Part shown: positions 19,835-28,886 of the stretch, piece after piece
Layout of the letters: every line of letters begins with the position of its first letter
Position numbering within the stretch: the first letter of the stretch is position 1
Origin: Candidatus Pacearchaeota archaeon
Lineage (GTDB): Archaea > Nanobdellota > Nanobdellia > Pacearchaeales > GW2011-AR1
NCBI GenBank assembly: GCA_018304105.1
Contig: JAGVWX010000020.1
Span: forward strand, 27,111 to 91,110
DNA: 64,000 nucleotides
Reading direction: 5' to 3'
Program-made: the position numbers and the translations under genes
The notes under the pieces: model-generated
The model's input: the letters and a program-made list of their open reading frames with translations, nothing else
What the model was told of the DNA's origin: nothing
Database searches by the model: none

Positions 19835-20665
19835 ATGGACCCAATTACTATTACTATTGGAATCATAGTTTTGTTATTCTTAATTTTTTCTCTGAAAGTA
19901 ATTTATCAATATGAACGTGGCGTTAGATTTACCTTCGGAAAATACGCGGGCGTAATAATGCCAGGCCTTCGTTTAGTGATTCCCATAATTCAAACATATA
20001 GGCGGGTAGATATACGTCAAAGAACAATCGAACTTCCGCCGCAGGAAGTCATGACCAAAGACCAGGTAAATCTGAAAATTGATGGTGTCGTATTTTACCA
20101 TATAGTAGAGCCGGAAAAAGTCATCTTAAATGTTGAAGACCTGCAAAGCCAGTTGGAAGCAAAGGCATCATCGGAATTAAAAGAAATCATCGGAAACAAA
20201 ACGATGAAAGAAAGTCTATCCGACAGAATCGACATCGCAAAAAAACTTATCAGCATGCTTAACGAAGCAATTGAAGACAAGCACGCAAAAGACAAAAAGG
20301 ATTGGGGCATCGAGGTCAAGGGCGTTCAAATAAATAACATCGAACTGCCAAAGGAATTGATAAGGGCAATGTCAAAACAAGCCGAAGCCGTGCAGGAAAA
20401 AGAAGCAAGAATAACAAAAGCCGATGGAGAGTTTCAGGCTTCAAAGAAGTTTCATGAAGCTGCAAAAGTGTTCGACAATAGCTCGGCAGCCCTTCGCCTC
20501 CGCGAGCTCCAGACCTTCCAGGAAATTGGAACAGAAAAGAATACTTTGATGATGGTAATTCCTTCAAGCATGGCAAATGGCGACGGCAAATGGACTTTGC
20601 CTTTAGGAATAGATGAATTGAAAAAACAAGAGCAACGCGATAGAAAGGAAAAAGCGTCTAAATAA
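19835..20665 (+). CDS. SPFH/band-7 (stomatin-like) protein
   Basis: YERGVRFTFGK, PPQEVMTKD, WGIEV, RAMSKQAEA, ALRLRELQT. Confidence 0.92.
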   Translation: MDPITITIGIIVLLFLIFSLKVIYQYERGVRFTFGKYAGVIMPGLRLVIPIIQTYRRVDIRQRTIELPPQEVMTKDQVNLKIDGVVFYHIVEPEKVILNVEDLQSQLEAKASSELKEIIGNKTMKESLSDRIDIAKKLISMLNEAIEDKHAKDKKDWGIEVKGVQINNIELPKELIRAMSKQAEAVQEKEARITKADGEFQASKKFHEAAKVFDNSSAALRLRELQTFQEIGTEKNTLMMVIPSSMANGDGKWTLPLGIDELKKQEQRDRKEKASK

Positions 20666-20727
20666 TTATCTACTTTAAACTTTTTCATTTCAGTAGATTA
20701 CTTAAGCTCGCTTTAATTGAAAGATAA

Positions 20728-21078
20728 ATGAAAGAGGACAGAACCTTTCACTTAATCAAATATAATCTCTCTGCGAGAATATTGAGAGTCTTAGATTTTC
20801 TATGGCTTGTTCTCACAATCGCCTTATTTATTCTAGCGAGCAGATATAATATCCAGCAAAAATATGTTTTAGTCCTGTCACTTTCAGTAGTATCGTTGTA
20901 CAATATGTATTTTCTATATTCTAAAAGAATCAATTTCGGAGTAGAAGACTGGACCATTCCAAAAAGATGGAGGCCCCAACTAATTAAATATTATATACAA
21001 TATCATAAAACACCAAGATTTGAATTAATCATCTGGGGAATTTTATTGATAGTTTCGATTTGTCTTTTATTAATATAA
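20728..21078 (+). CDS. Membrane hypothetical protein
   Basis: 116 aa, three hydrophobic segments, AT-rich. Confidence 0.5.
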   Translation: MKEDRTFHLIKYNLSARILRVLDFLWLVLTIALFILASRYNIQQKYVLVLSLSVVSLYNMYFLYSKRINFGVEDWTIPKRWRPQLIKYYIQYHKTPRFELIIWGILLIVSICLLLI

Positions 21079-21089
21079 ATTGTTAATCT

Positions 21090-21380
21090 TTAAACTCTCA
21101 GTCCCTTCTCTTCTTTCTCAATTTTCTGCCTTTTCAGTCTTATCTTTTTTATCTTTCTTACTTCAGAAAAAACAATTGCACCGACAAAAACAAACAAACC
21201 TGCCGTAACATAAATCGTCCATTCAGCGCTCGCGAAATACAGCTTTAATATTACCGCAACAACCCCAAGAAAAGTCAACTCTGTGTTTATGTAAGCAAGA
21301 ACAGTTCTTTCTTCCGACAAAGTTCCTCTTTCCTTTGACAAGAATGTTCTCTTGACCGAAGCGACATCACCAGTTTTCAT
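21090..21380 (-). CDS. DUF202-like membrane protein
   Basis: RTFLSKERGTLSEERTVLAYINT motif followed by two TM segments. Confidence 0.7.
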   Translation of the reverse strand: MKTGDVASVKRTFLSKERGTLSEERTVLAYINTELTFLGVVAVILKLYFASAEWTIYVTAGLFVFVGAIVFSEVRKIKKIRLKRQKIEKEEKGLRV

Positions 21381-21582
21381 ATATAAATAATCAAACTCAG
21401 ACTTAAAAATCTTTACAAGCCAATGATTTTCTGAAAATTTAATTTATCAATTTATTTATCAATAATCAGATAAGAACAACTCACAATTCTCGGTCTGGTG
21501 GGGTGGTTTTATTATTTAATTGGTGGGGTGGTTGGAAGAAAGCAAAAATTAAAGCAAAGATAGAATTTCAATCAGAGAAGAA

Positions 21583-22752
21583 TTACAAACTAACCAGTTT
21601 AACTTTCGCGCCTTCAGTGCTTGCAAAATTTGTCGCAGCAAAATATTGTATGCCCTGTTCGTCACACAATCTTATCAAAGAAGATGTCGCAGTTCCGTCA
21701 AGAATCAAAGCCGCGACTTTTGTCCTCGAGCTTTTGACGGCGCCCACGATTTCTCGGTTTCCAACTTTTCTTATAACATCTAAACTAGTGTCAAGAAGCA
21801 GCGCACTCTTAGTTCCTTCCAATTTGTCGCTGTACATTTTTCGCAGCTTTTCCTTCACATCGCCGCTAAAACTTATCTCTGCGCTTTCAACCCTTTCTTC
21901 TTTTTCTCCTCTCTCCCTGAAAGAATTTCCGTTTCCATTTTCTCTTAGATATTCAGAAACCGTCATCGTTTTTCTCAACGCTTGTAAAATTTCTTTTCCG
22001 GCAAGCTCTTCGACTTCCTTTCCTTCAGGAGCAACAGCAACGAACTTAACGTTTGCATGTTCGATAACGTTGTTCGCGATTAACTTTCCGCCCCTGTCTC
22101 CATCAACAAACAAGGTGATTTCTTTTTCCTTGCTTAGTTGTGCAATTTCAGGCGGTAATTTTGTTCCGTCCATTCCGATAACATTATTCACTCTGTTTCT
22201 CAAAAGGTTCACAACGTCCGCGCGCCCTTCAACAACAATCAACTCGCTTCCCGAAATGTCTCCGCAAGGCAATCTGCTGTCTCCGTATTCCTGAATCTTC
22301 TCAGCTCTCGATTCTACCTTTAATGATTCAGACATTTCTCGAAAACTTCCTTCTTCTTCAATCAGCCCCATCAATTTCTTCGCCCTATCAAGAATGTATT
22401 CTCTCTTGTTCCCTCTTACGTCTTCAATCTTCAAAATCTTGATTTCCGCTTCAGTCGGCCCAATTCTGTCAATCGTCTCAAGTGCAGCCGCAATTAAAGT
22501 AGTCGCTGATTTATCCATTGCAGTTGGAACCTGAATCTCCCCAACAGATTTCCCGTCAACAATTTCAAGGTCAACTTCAATTCTTCCAATCTTGCCTTCT
22601 TTCTGGAGCTCTCTCATTTCCATGTCGCTTCCAAGCAAGCCTTCCGTCTGGCCGAAAATCGCCCCAATAACATCAGGTTTTTCGAGAGGCCCGGCTGACT
22701 TGAAACTTGCATATATCATGTATTTTATACTTACTGGACTTATTTTTGCCAT
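21583..22752 (-). CDS. dnaG: Archaeal DnaG (TOPRIM, exosome-associated)
   Basis: KPDVIGAIFGQTEGLLG, VVEGRADV, DGDRGG, APEGKEVEEL. Confidence 0.95.
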   Translation of the reverse strand: MAKISPVSIKYMIYASFKSAGPLEKPDVIGAIFGQTEGLLGSDMEMRELQKEGKIGRIEVDLEIVDGKSVGEIQVPTAMDKSATTLIAAALETIDRIGPTEAEIKILKIEDVRGNKREYILDRAKKLMGLIEEEGSFREMSESLKVESRAEKIQEYGDSRLPCGDISGSELIVVEGRADVVNLLRNRVNNVIGMDGTKLPPEIAQLSKEKEITLFVDGDRGGKLIANNVIEHANVKFVAVAPEGKEVEELAGKEILQALRKTMTVSEYLRENGNGNSFRERGEKEERVESAEISFSGDVKEKLRKMYSDKLEGTKSALLLDTSLDVIRKVGNREIVGAVKSSRTKVAALILDGTATSSLIRLCDEQGIQYFAATNFASTEGAKVKLVSL

Positions 22753-23009
22753 TTTATTATTCAGAACCGTTAGGTTCCTTCCCGAGACTTATCGTCTCTT
22801 CAAAGATTTAGAAAGAAGTTTTTCATGTGCCCAATAAAGCGGGCGTGAATATGAAGCGATAATCTCCGTACTTCTTCCTTGTAATCTACTAGTACAAAAG
22901 AGGAAGGTTAGTTTTTAAACGTTTCGGGCTTGTGGATTTTAATTTATAACCCATTAATCTCCGGAAATTTAGGAAAATTTAAGTATTACTTGCTCGTCCA
23001 TAAACCGAT

Positions 23010-23138
23010 ATGCCAAATACAATCGCTAGGAGAATAACGGGCAGAGTACTTGTTAAAAGAAGCAAACGAGCCAAATCTTATGAAAGAAGATATCCCATAT
23101 CTCCTTACGGCAAAAAGATAGCGAGATTTAGGTTATAA
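23010..23138 (+). CDS. Small basic protein (42 aa)
   Basis: MPNTIARRITGRVLVKRSKRAKSYERRYPISPYGKKIARFRL; TTTAAGTA box about 25 nt upstream. Confidence 0.4.
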   Translation: MPNTIARRITGRVLVKRSKRAKSYERRYPISPYGKKIARFRL

Positions 23139-23201
23139 AATAAGACATTTGAAGTAAAGATATTTAGATAAGTTTTTAATATTGGGGATATTGCAATAAT
23201 A

Positions 23202-23363
23202 ATAGCTGAAGAGTTAGCCCATTGTCCTCATTGTAAAAAAGAAGTTATATTGGCCAGGAGCAACTGGGGAGTTTTGAGGATTTTGTTCTATGGCCCACAC
23301 CTTTATCATTTATATAAAAGAAAGAATAAATGTTCGATTTGCGGAGAGAAAATAAAAGACTAG
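23202..23363 (+). pseudogene. Zinc-ribbon microprotein lacking a canonical start codon
   Basis: IAEELAHCPHCKKEV...GPHLYHLYKRKNKCSICGEKIKD*; two CxxC pairs. Confidence 0.45.
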
Positions 23364-23442
23364 CTACTTAATTTAATCAATCACAATTATCTATTTATCT
23401 TAATCACAATAATTTTAAAAACCCTCCTCCCTTTTCCCGTTC

Positions 23443-23553
23443 ATGGAAGTCCAGGAAGTCCTTGAAACAAAACTTGATGAGATATGCTCTGTGTTAGACG
23501 AAATCCGCGAGGCAATAACAAACCTAACAGCCGCGATAACGAATAAAGCTTAA
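23443..23553 (+). CDS. Small coiled-coil protein (36 aa)
   Basis: MEVQEVLETKLDEICSVLDEIREAITNLTAAITNKA; TTTAAAAA box about 22 nt upstream. Confidence 0.45.
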   Translation: MEVQEVLETKLDEICSVLDEIREAITNLTAAITNKA

Positions 23554-23583
23554 TTTTATAAAACCCGTCCCTCTTTAATTAAC

Positions 23584-25299
23584 ATGAAAATCCTGACACT
23601 CCATTGCGACTATATCAAATTCAAACCGCTCAAAAAAGCTATTAAGAATCCTGAAGCAATCAAAAACGATGATGAAAAAATCGTCCAGGAACCTTTAGTT
23701 GTTCTTACAGCAGTCGAGCAAGGCGACGACCAAAAAGTCTTAGACCAATACATTGAAGCAATCAGAAAAACTGCCGAGGAAGTAAAAGCAAAAAACATCG
23801 TCCTTTATCCTTATGCTCATTTGTCTTCAAAACTCTCGTCTCCAGATGTCGCCCTAAAAACTCTTGAGGAAGCAGAAAAAATTCTCGCTCAGGATTTCAA
23901 AGTCACAAGAGCCCCATTCGGTTATTACAAAACATTCGAATTAAAATGCAAAGGCCATCCACTTTCAGAGTTAAGCAAAGAATTCCATCCCGAAGGTTAT
24001 GAATCTCAGGTTGGCGGGCTTGCAATACTAAAGGAAGAAGTTTACAATCCAGAAAAATTACTTAAAGAAATCTCCCGCTCAAAACTTGACACATCAAAAC
24101 TCAAGGACAACGACCATAGAATTCTCGGACAAAAGTTAGACTTATTCAGTTTCAATGAAGTCGCTCCTGGAATGGTTTTCTGGCATAATAACGGGTTAAT
24201 CATTTACAACGAGCTCATAAATTATTGGCGAGACGAGCATAGAAAAGCCGGCTATCAGGAAATATCGACGCCTCAAATTCTCGACAAAAGATTGTGGGAA
24301 CTTTCAGGTCACTGGGATAAATACAAAGAAAATATTTTTCTATCTCAATACGAAGGAAGAACCTTCGCTGTAAAGCCTATGAACTGTCCTGGTGGAATGC
24401 TTGTTTACAAGAGCAGCACAAAATCTTACAAAGACTTTCCATTAAGAGTCGCAGAACTCGGAGTCGTCCATCGTCAAGAGCTTTCCGGCGTTCTCGCAGG
24501 ATTATTCAGAGTAATAAAATTCACCCAAGACGATGCGCATCTCTTTTGCACCGAAGAGCAGTTGGAAACTGAACTCATTGGTGTGATTAATTTAATTGAC
24601 GTTATTTACAAAAAATTTAATTTTACTTATCGCGTTGAACTGTCAACACGCCCAGCGAAAAGAATTGGCTCTGATGAAACTTGGGACAAGGCAGAATCTG
24701 TTCTTGAAAAGGTATTGAAAAAAAAGAAGATGAATTTCAAATTAAATCCAGGCGACGGCGCTTTCTACGGCCCGAAAATTGATTTTCATGTAAAAGATAG
24801 TTTGGAAAGGGAATGGCAATGCGCTACATTACAGTTAGACTTCGCAATGCCCGAGCGATTCGACCTAGAATACACAGGTTCAGATAATAAAAAACATCGT
24901 CCGGTTATGCTTCATCGAACTATTTTCGGTTCTTTAGAAAGATTCATCGGCGTGTTACTCGAACATACAAACGGAAATCTTCCAGTCTGGCTCTCCCCAA
25001 CACAAGTCAGAGTCATAAACTTCACAGACAGAAATACAAAAGCCGCAGAGAAAACCCTGAAAGAGCTAAAGGAGCAAATTCCAGGTTTAAGAATCGACTC
25101 AGACTTGCAGAACACAACAGTTTCAGACAAAGTCAGGAATGCCGAGCTCCGTAAAATTCCATACATAATTGTCATCGGAGACAAAGAAGAAGAAAAGAAA
25201 ACCCTCGCAGTCAGGTCTCGTGGAAACAAGCTAAAGTTCGGTGTGAAGTTCGAATCATTTGTTAAAGAGTTTAAGGAAAAGATAACCAAGAGAGAATAA
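23584..25299 (+). CDS. thrS: Threonyl-tRNA synthetase
   Basis: Archaeal editing domain (LYPYAHLS, RAPFGYYK, CKGHPLSELS), plus KPMNCPG, FTQDDAH, GAFYGPKID, PVMLHR. Confidence 0.96.
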   Translation: MKILTLHCDYIKFKPLKKAIKNPEAIKNDDEKIVQEPLVVLTAVEQGDDQKVLDQYIEAIRKTAEEVKAKNIVLYPYAHLSSKLSSPDVALKTLEEAEKILAQDFKVTRAPFGYYKTFELKCKGHPLSELSKEFHPEGYESQVGGLAILKEEVYNPEKLLKEISRSKLDTSKLKDNDHRILGQKLDLFSFNEVAPGMVFWHNNGLIIYNELINYWRDEHRKAGYQEISTPQILDKRLWELSGHWDKYKENIFLSQYEGRTFAVKPMNCPGGMLVYKSSTKSYKDFPLRVAELGVVHRQELSGVLAGLFRVIKFTQDDAHLFCTEEQLETELIGVINLIDVIYKKFNFTYRVELSTRPAKRIGSDETWDKAESVLEKVLKKKKMNFKLNPGDGAFYGPKIDFHVKDSLEREWQCATLQLDFAMPERFDLEYTGSDNKKHRPVMLHRTIFGSLERFIGVLLEHTNGNLPVWLSPTQVRVINFTDRNTKAAEKTLKELKEQIPGLRIDSDLQNTTVSDKVRNAELRKIPYIIVIGDKEEEKKTLAVRSRGNKLKFGVKFESFVKEFKEKITKRE

Positions 25300-25796
25300 T
25301 GGTAGTGTACAATTTTTCTACAGGGAAGGCAATGAGGTCAGGAAGTGGAGGTTCCAAATTAAAAAATCATTGCAGACGTTATCCCGTCGGGAATCTCACT
25401 GACGTTGATTTGTCTTATCTTGCCGAAGAAGCTCTGGTATATGACAAATCCCATTCACTGCACCGCTTCAAGGAAGATGTTTCATGTGCAGATACATACC
25501 GTCATGTAGAAGAAGAGTTGCAGAGAGAACAGCCAAGAACATACGAACTAAGGGAAAAATTCTTCCAAGTCCTTGAACAAGAGCTTGGCGAACGTGGAAT
25601 GACTCAAAGAAATATTCTCGGCGCAATTAAGTGCGGCATCGGCGAGCCCTATATCACGCAATTGCAGCAAGCAAGCAGGAATGGCGGAGGAATATATTTA
25701 TTAAGAATTGTGACTCGGTCAATTGCAAGGGCGATTATGAAATATTCGCCAATGAGTGAACCCGCCGCAGTTCCAGATGTGCGTGTGGCTTCTTGA
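25299..25796 (+). CDS. Hypothetical protein
   Basis: 165 aa, TAATG-coupled to thrS. Confidence 0.6.
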   Translation: MVVYNFSTGKAMRSGSGGSKLKNHCRRYPVGNLTDVDLSYLAEEALVYDKSHSLHRFKEDVSCADTYRHVEEELQREQPRTYELREKFFQVLEQELGERGMTQRNILGAIKCGIGEPYITQLQQASRNGGGIYLLRIVTRSIARAIMKYSPMSEPAAVPDVRVAS

Positions 25797-25852
25797 GTCG
25801 AGACTAACTAAAAACTTATAAACCTCTTATTCCAACTTAGACTGTAAAAAAG

Positions 25853-26491
25853 ATGAAAATACAACCTTACATCGAAAAGCTTAAAGAATCTGAAGAATAC
25901 AAAGATTTCAAGTCGAAGTACCCAAAGGCATTTCTTGCCGCAGGTTTTTTCGTTCTTGATTTAGAAGGCGGAGTGAACATCCATCAAATAGATTTTTACA
26001 TGCCAGCTGAAAAGAAAATCGCAGCGTTCTCTCTTGACGGCGAAGTTAAGGTAAAAATTCTCGAAACACTGAATGAAAAAATTCCTGAACCTCTCGACAT
26101 GGACACAAATACCGACCTTGATGCTCTCTCCGGAATCCTAACCGATGAAATGAAAAATCGCGGAATTTCTGAAAGCATAAGAAAAATAATCGCTGTCATT
26201 CAGAATATCGATGGAAAAAGAATCTGGAATCTTAACTGCATTTTGACAGGAATGGAAATCCTTAAATCGCATATCGAAGACGATTCCCAGACAGTTTTGA
26301 AAATAGAAAAATCTTCTATTCTTGACATAATGAAAAAGATGCCTGCCCAGCCGCAAATGATGAAGGCACAGGCAAATTCCAAAGAAGACATCAAAGGCGA
26401 ATTAGACAAACTAGACAAAATCGAAGAAGAAATAGAAAAGGCCAAAGGCAAGCTCAAGGAAGAACTTGTCGAGAAGAAAAGCCGTAAATAA
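25853..26491 (+). CDS. Hypothetical protein with acidic/basic coiled-coil tail
   Basis: 212-aa ORF with host-like codon usage and TATA upstream. Confidence 0.75.
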   Translation: MKIQPYIEKLKESEEYKDFKSKYPKAFLAAGFFVLDLEGGVNIHQIDFYMPAEKKIAAFSLDGEVKVKILETLNEKIPEPLDMDTNTDLDALSGILTDEMKNRGISESIRKIIAVIQNIDGKRIWNLNCILTGMEILKSHIEDDSQTVLKIEKSSILDIMKKMPAQPQMMKAQANSKEDIKGELDKLDKIEEEIEKAKGKLKEELVEKKSRK

Positions 26492-26536
26492 TCTTCCAAA
26501 CAAATTCTTTAAATACCAATTTTACCTGTTTTTAGC

Positions 26537-28141
26537 ATGAGAAAAGAGGTAATAACCTTAGCCTTAGCTTTAGTTGTACTTTTGAAAGTAGTTTCTGCAA
26601 ATTCTGCTCCTTTAATCTCTGGTTTGGACAGGGAAATCTTAGTTTGTGAATCCTCAAATTTTTCTCTTGAGTTCGATGTGATTGAACCTGATGGAGACAG
26701 CCTCACAGTTGAAATTTTCCCCAACGGCCCATTTTTCGTAAGGCCCATTTCTTCCCAGTCGCCAACAATCCGAATGGAGATTTTCTCCAGCAACCTTACA
26801 AAACTTTTCTCAAACAAGGTTTACAATCACACGGTCTTTGTTACAGATGGCGAGCTGTCAGATTCTAAAGACATAAAAATTACCGTTCTTGAAACGAACA
26901 ACCCGCCAAGCATAGGGCATATTCCCGTTGAAACAGTTGACATCAACAATTCATACGAATTAAGAAAGCAAATCAAAGTAATTGACCAAGAATCTGGAAA
27001 ACCAAAAAATGGGCAATTTTCCTTCACAATTTCAGATTCTCAAAATTTGTTGGAAATGGCGATTGACAATGAAGGTACAATAAATTACACAGCTTCCGAA
27101 TCTCATCTGGGCGTTCATGAAATAACTATCTGCGCCACCGATTCTGGCTTGGATAATTTGGAAGACAAAATTGGCGTCTGCGCTCCAGATGAAATCAAAG
27201 CAACAACTTGCAAAAAATTCCAGCTAGCAGTAGTAGACGGAAATTCTCCACCCACAATTTTGGCATTCAACTCAACAAATACTCTCGGCAGAATAGCCGG
27301 AACTCAAAAAATAACATTCCAAGTTTTCAATTACGACCCCGAAAAGATATATCCCGACACATACTGGTATGTTGACAACAAGTTAAAAAAAATTGGCGCT
27401 GGAAAATCTTCTGACGGGTTTAGTTACTCCTTCGGTTGTGGCGTTTGGGGCGGGCATAAAGTAGAAGCGGTTATCAGTGATGGTATTCTTAACGACTCAG
27501 TAGAATGGACTCTGGATATACTCAACATTGCATGTCCTAAAGGAATAGCCCCTCATGAAACCATCGGAGAAAACGCGTGTGAGGAAAAATGGGGATGTTC
27601 TAATTGGGGACTCTGTGAAAACGTCCTGCAGTCCAGAAACGCAAGAAATCTTGACAGCATTGGATACGAAGACATCCAGAAAAAATGCTCTACTTTAGGC
27701 ATGGGTGAAGACTCATGCGGATATCAAGTTCGGACTTGCCTTGACGTAGGCAGTTGCAACACCGTAAATGAAAAACCTTCTGAACTAACTCCTTGTCATT
27801 TTTCCCTCGAACCAAGCTGCTCTGACAAAATTCAAAATTGTCATGACGGCAAATGTGAATTTCTCACAGACTGCGGCGGTCCCTGCAGCCCCTGTCCAAC
27901 TTGTTCTGACGGAATTGAAAACCAAGAAGAAGAAAAGGCAGACTGCGGCGGTCCCTGCCTGGAGCAATGCGGCTCGTATTTTCCTAAAGTAACCAAAGAA
28001 AACGTGTTCATTAAGCAGAGCATGCTTGTTGTAATATTTTTTACTTTATTGATTGCAGCAGTTCAGGTATTCAGAATAATCAGAAACAAATATAAGCTTG
28101 AAGAACAACCCAGAAAAGAGGCGATATTGACCCATGGGTAA
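26537..28141 (+). CDS. Secreted, membrane-anchored protein with Ig/cadherin-like and Cys-rich repeats
   Basis: Signal peptide, NNPP/DPE cadherin-like linkers, CEEKWGCSNWGLC, two DCGGPC repeats, C-terminal TM. Confidence 0.8.
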   Translation: MRKEVITLALALVVLLKVVSANSAPLISGLDREILVCESSNFSLEFDVIEPDGDSLTVEIFPNGPFFVRPISSQSPTIRMEIFSSNLTKLFSNKVYNHTVFVTDGELSDSKDIKITVLETNNPPSIGHIPVETVDINNSYELRKQIKVIDQESGKPKNGQFSFTISDSQNLLEMAIDNEGTINYTASESHLGVHEITICATDSGLDNLEDKIGVCAPDEIKATTCKKFQLAVVDGNSPPTILAFNSTNTLGRIAGTQKITFQVFNYDPEKIYPDTYWYVDNKLKKIGAGKSSDGFSYSFGCGVWGGHKVEAVISDGILNDSVEWTLDILNIACPKGIAPHETIGENACEEKWGCSNWGLCENVLQSRNARNLDSIGYEDIQKKCSTLGMGEDSCGYQVRTCLDVGSCNTVNEKPSELTPCHFSLEPSCSDKIQNCHDGKCEFLTDCGGPCSPCPTCSDGIENQEEEKADCGGPCLEQCGSYFPKVTKENVFIKQSMLVVIFFTLLIAAVQVFRIIRNKYKLEEQPRKEAILTHG

Positions 28142-28886
28142 TAAACTAATCTTTCTTTCCATAGCCCTATTTTTATTAATCGGATTCTCATCTTCAGCCT
28201 TAGCAGAAGAATGTTTCCCAAATTATCAGTGCGCGCCTTGGTCAGAATGTCAGGACGGGTTCAGAACAAGGACCTGTTCTGATATAAACTGCGGCAGCAA
28301 AGATACCGTTGAAAGAAGTTTCTGCACCAATGAAAAATGCACGCCAAAAATAGAATGCGGCGACTGGGGCTCTTGCACTTACACCGAAAAGACAGACGAT
28401 TTCATCAAAGGCAATATAAGCTTTGAAGGTTACAGAACAAGAGTCTGCGACGACGTAAACAACTGCATCCCAAAATACATGCAGGAAGGCCAATGCGAGG
28501 ACTCTTTCAAACTGAGGCTCTCTCCTATAGAACAATGCGGTCAAAATCTGCTTGCGGTGATTGATCCTCTGTCTGACAAGAAGGTGGCCAGGATTAATCT
28601 TGATCGCTGGGAAGAAGGAAAATTTGACCTTGCCTTCGTGCAGGGAGAACAGAAATACTGTCCGTCTTGCTACAACGCCGTCAAGGACGAAAATGAAAAT
28701 GGAGTAGACTGCGGCGGTAGCTGCAAGCCTTGCAGAACCGAAAGACAATATATTTTTTACATCGTGACAACTTTTCTCTGGCTTGGCTCACTAGCTTTTA
28801 TATTTTTATCTTTCCGCCAATATTCAAGGCTAAAAAAACCACAATCCCAATCACAACCCCAATTCCCATTCACAAAAGAACAATGA
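28134..28886 (+). CDS. Secreted Cys-rich protein with TSP1-like WSxC..G.RTR.C repeats
   Basis: CAPWSECQDGFRTRTC and CGDWGSC...GYRTRVC; VDCGGSC; C-terminal TM. Confidence 0.8.
   Translation: MGNKLIFLSIALFLLIGFSSSALAEECFPNYQCAPWSECQDGFRTRTCSDINCGSKDTVERSFCTNEKCTPKIECGDWGSCTYTEKTDDFIKGNISFEGYRTRVCDDVNNCIPKYMQEGQCEDSFKLRLSPIEQCGQNLLAVIDPLSDKKVARINLDRWEEGKFDLAFVQGEQKYCPSCYNAVKDENENGVDCGGSCKPCRTERQYIFYIVTTFLWLGSLAFIFLSFRQYSRLKKPQSQSQPQFPFTKEQ

Noticed and set aside
21503..22294. 263-aa plus-strand ORF and the many similar Ser/Phe/Ile-rich antisense ORFs in the track
   Set aside because: Shadows of well-supported genes (dnaG, thermosome, gyrase and others) with no motifs of their own
22755..22920. 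RNase P or SRP RNA
   Set aside because: Conserved P4 and helix-8 signatures not found; kept only as a possible structured leader
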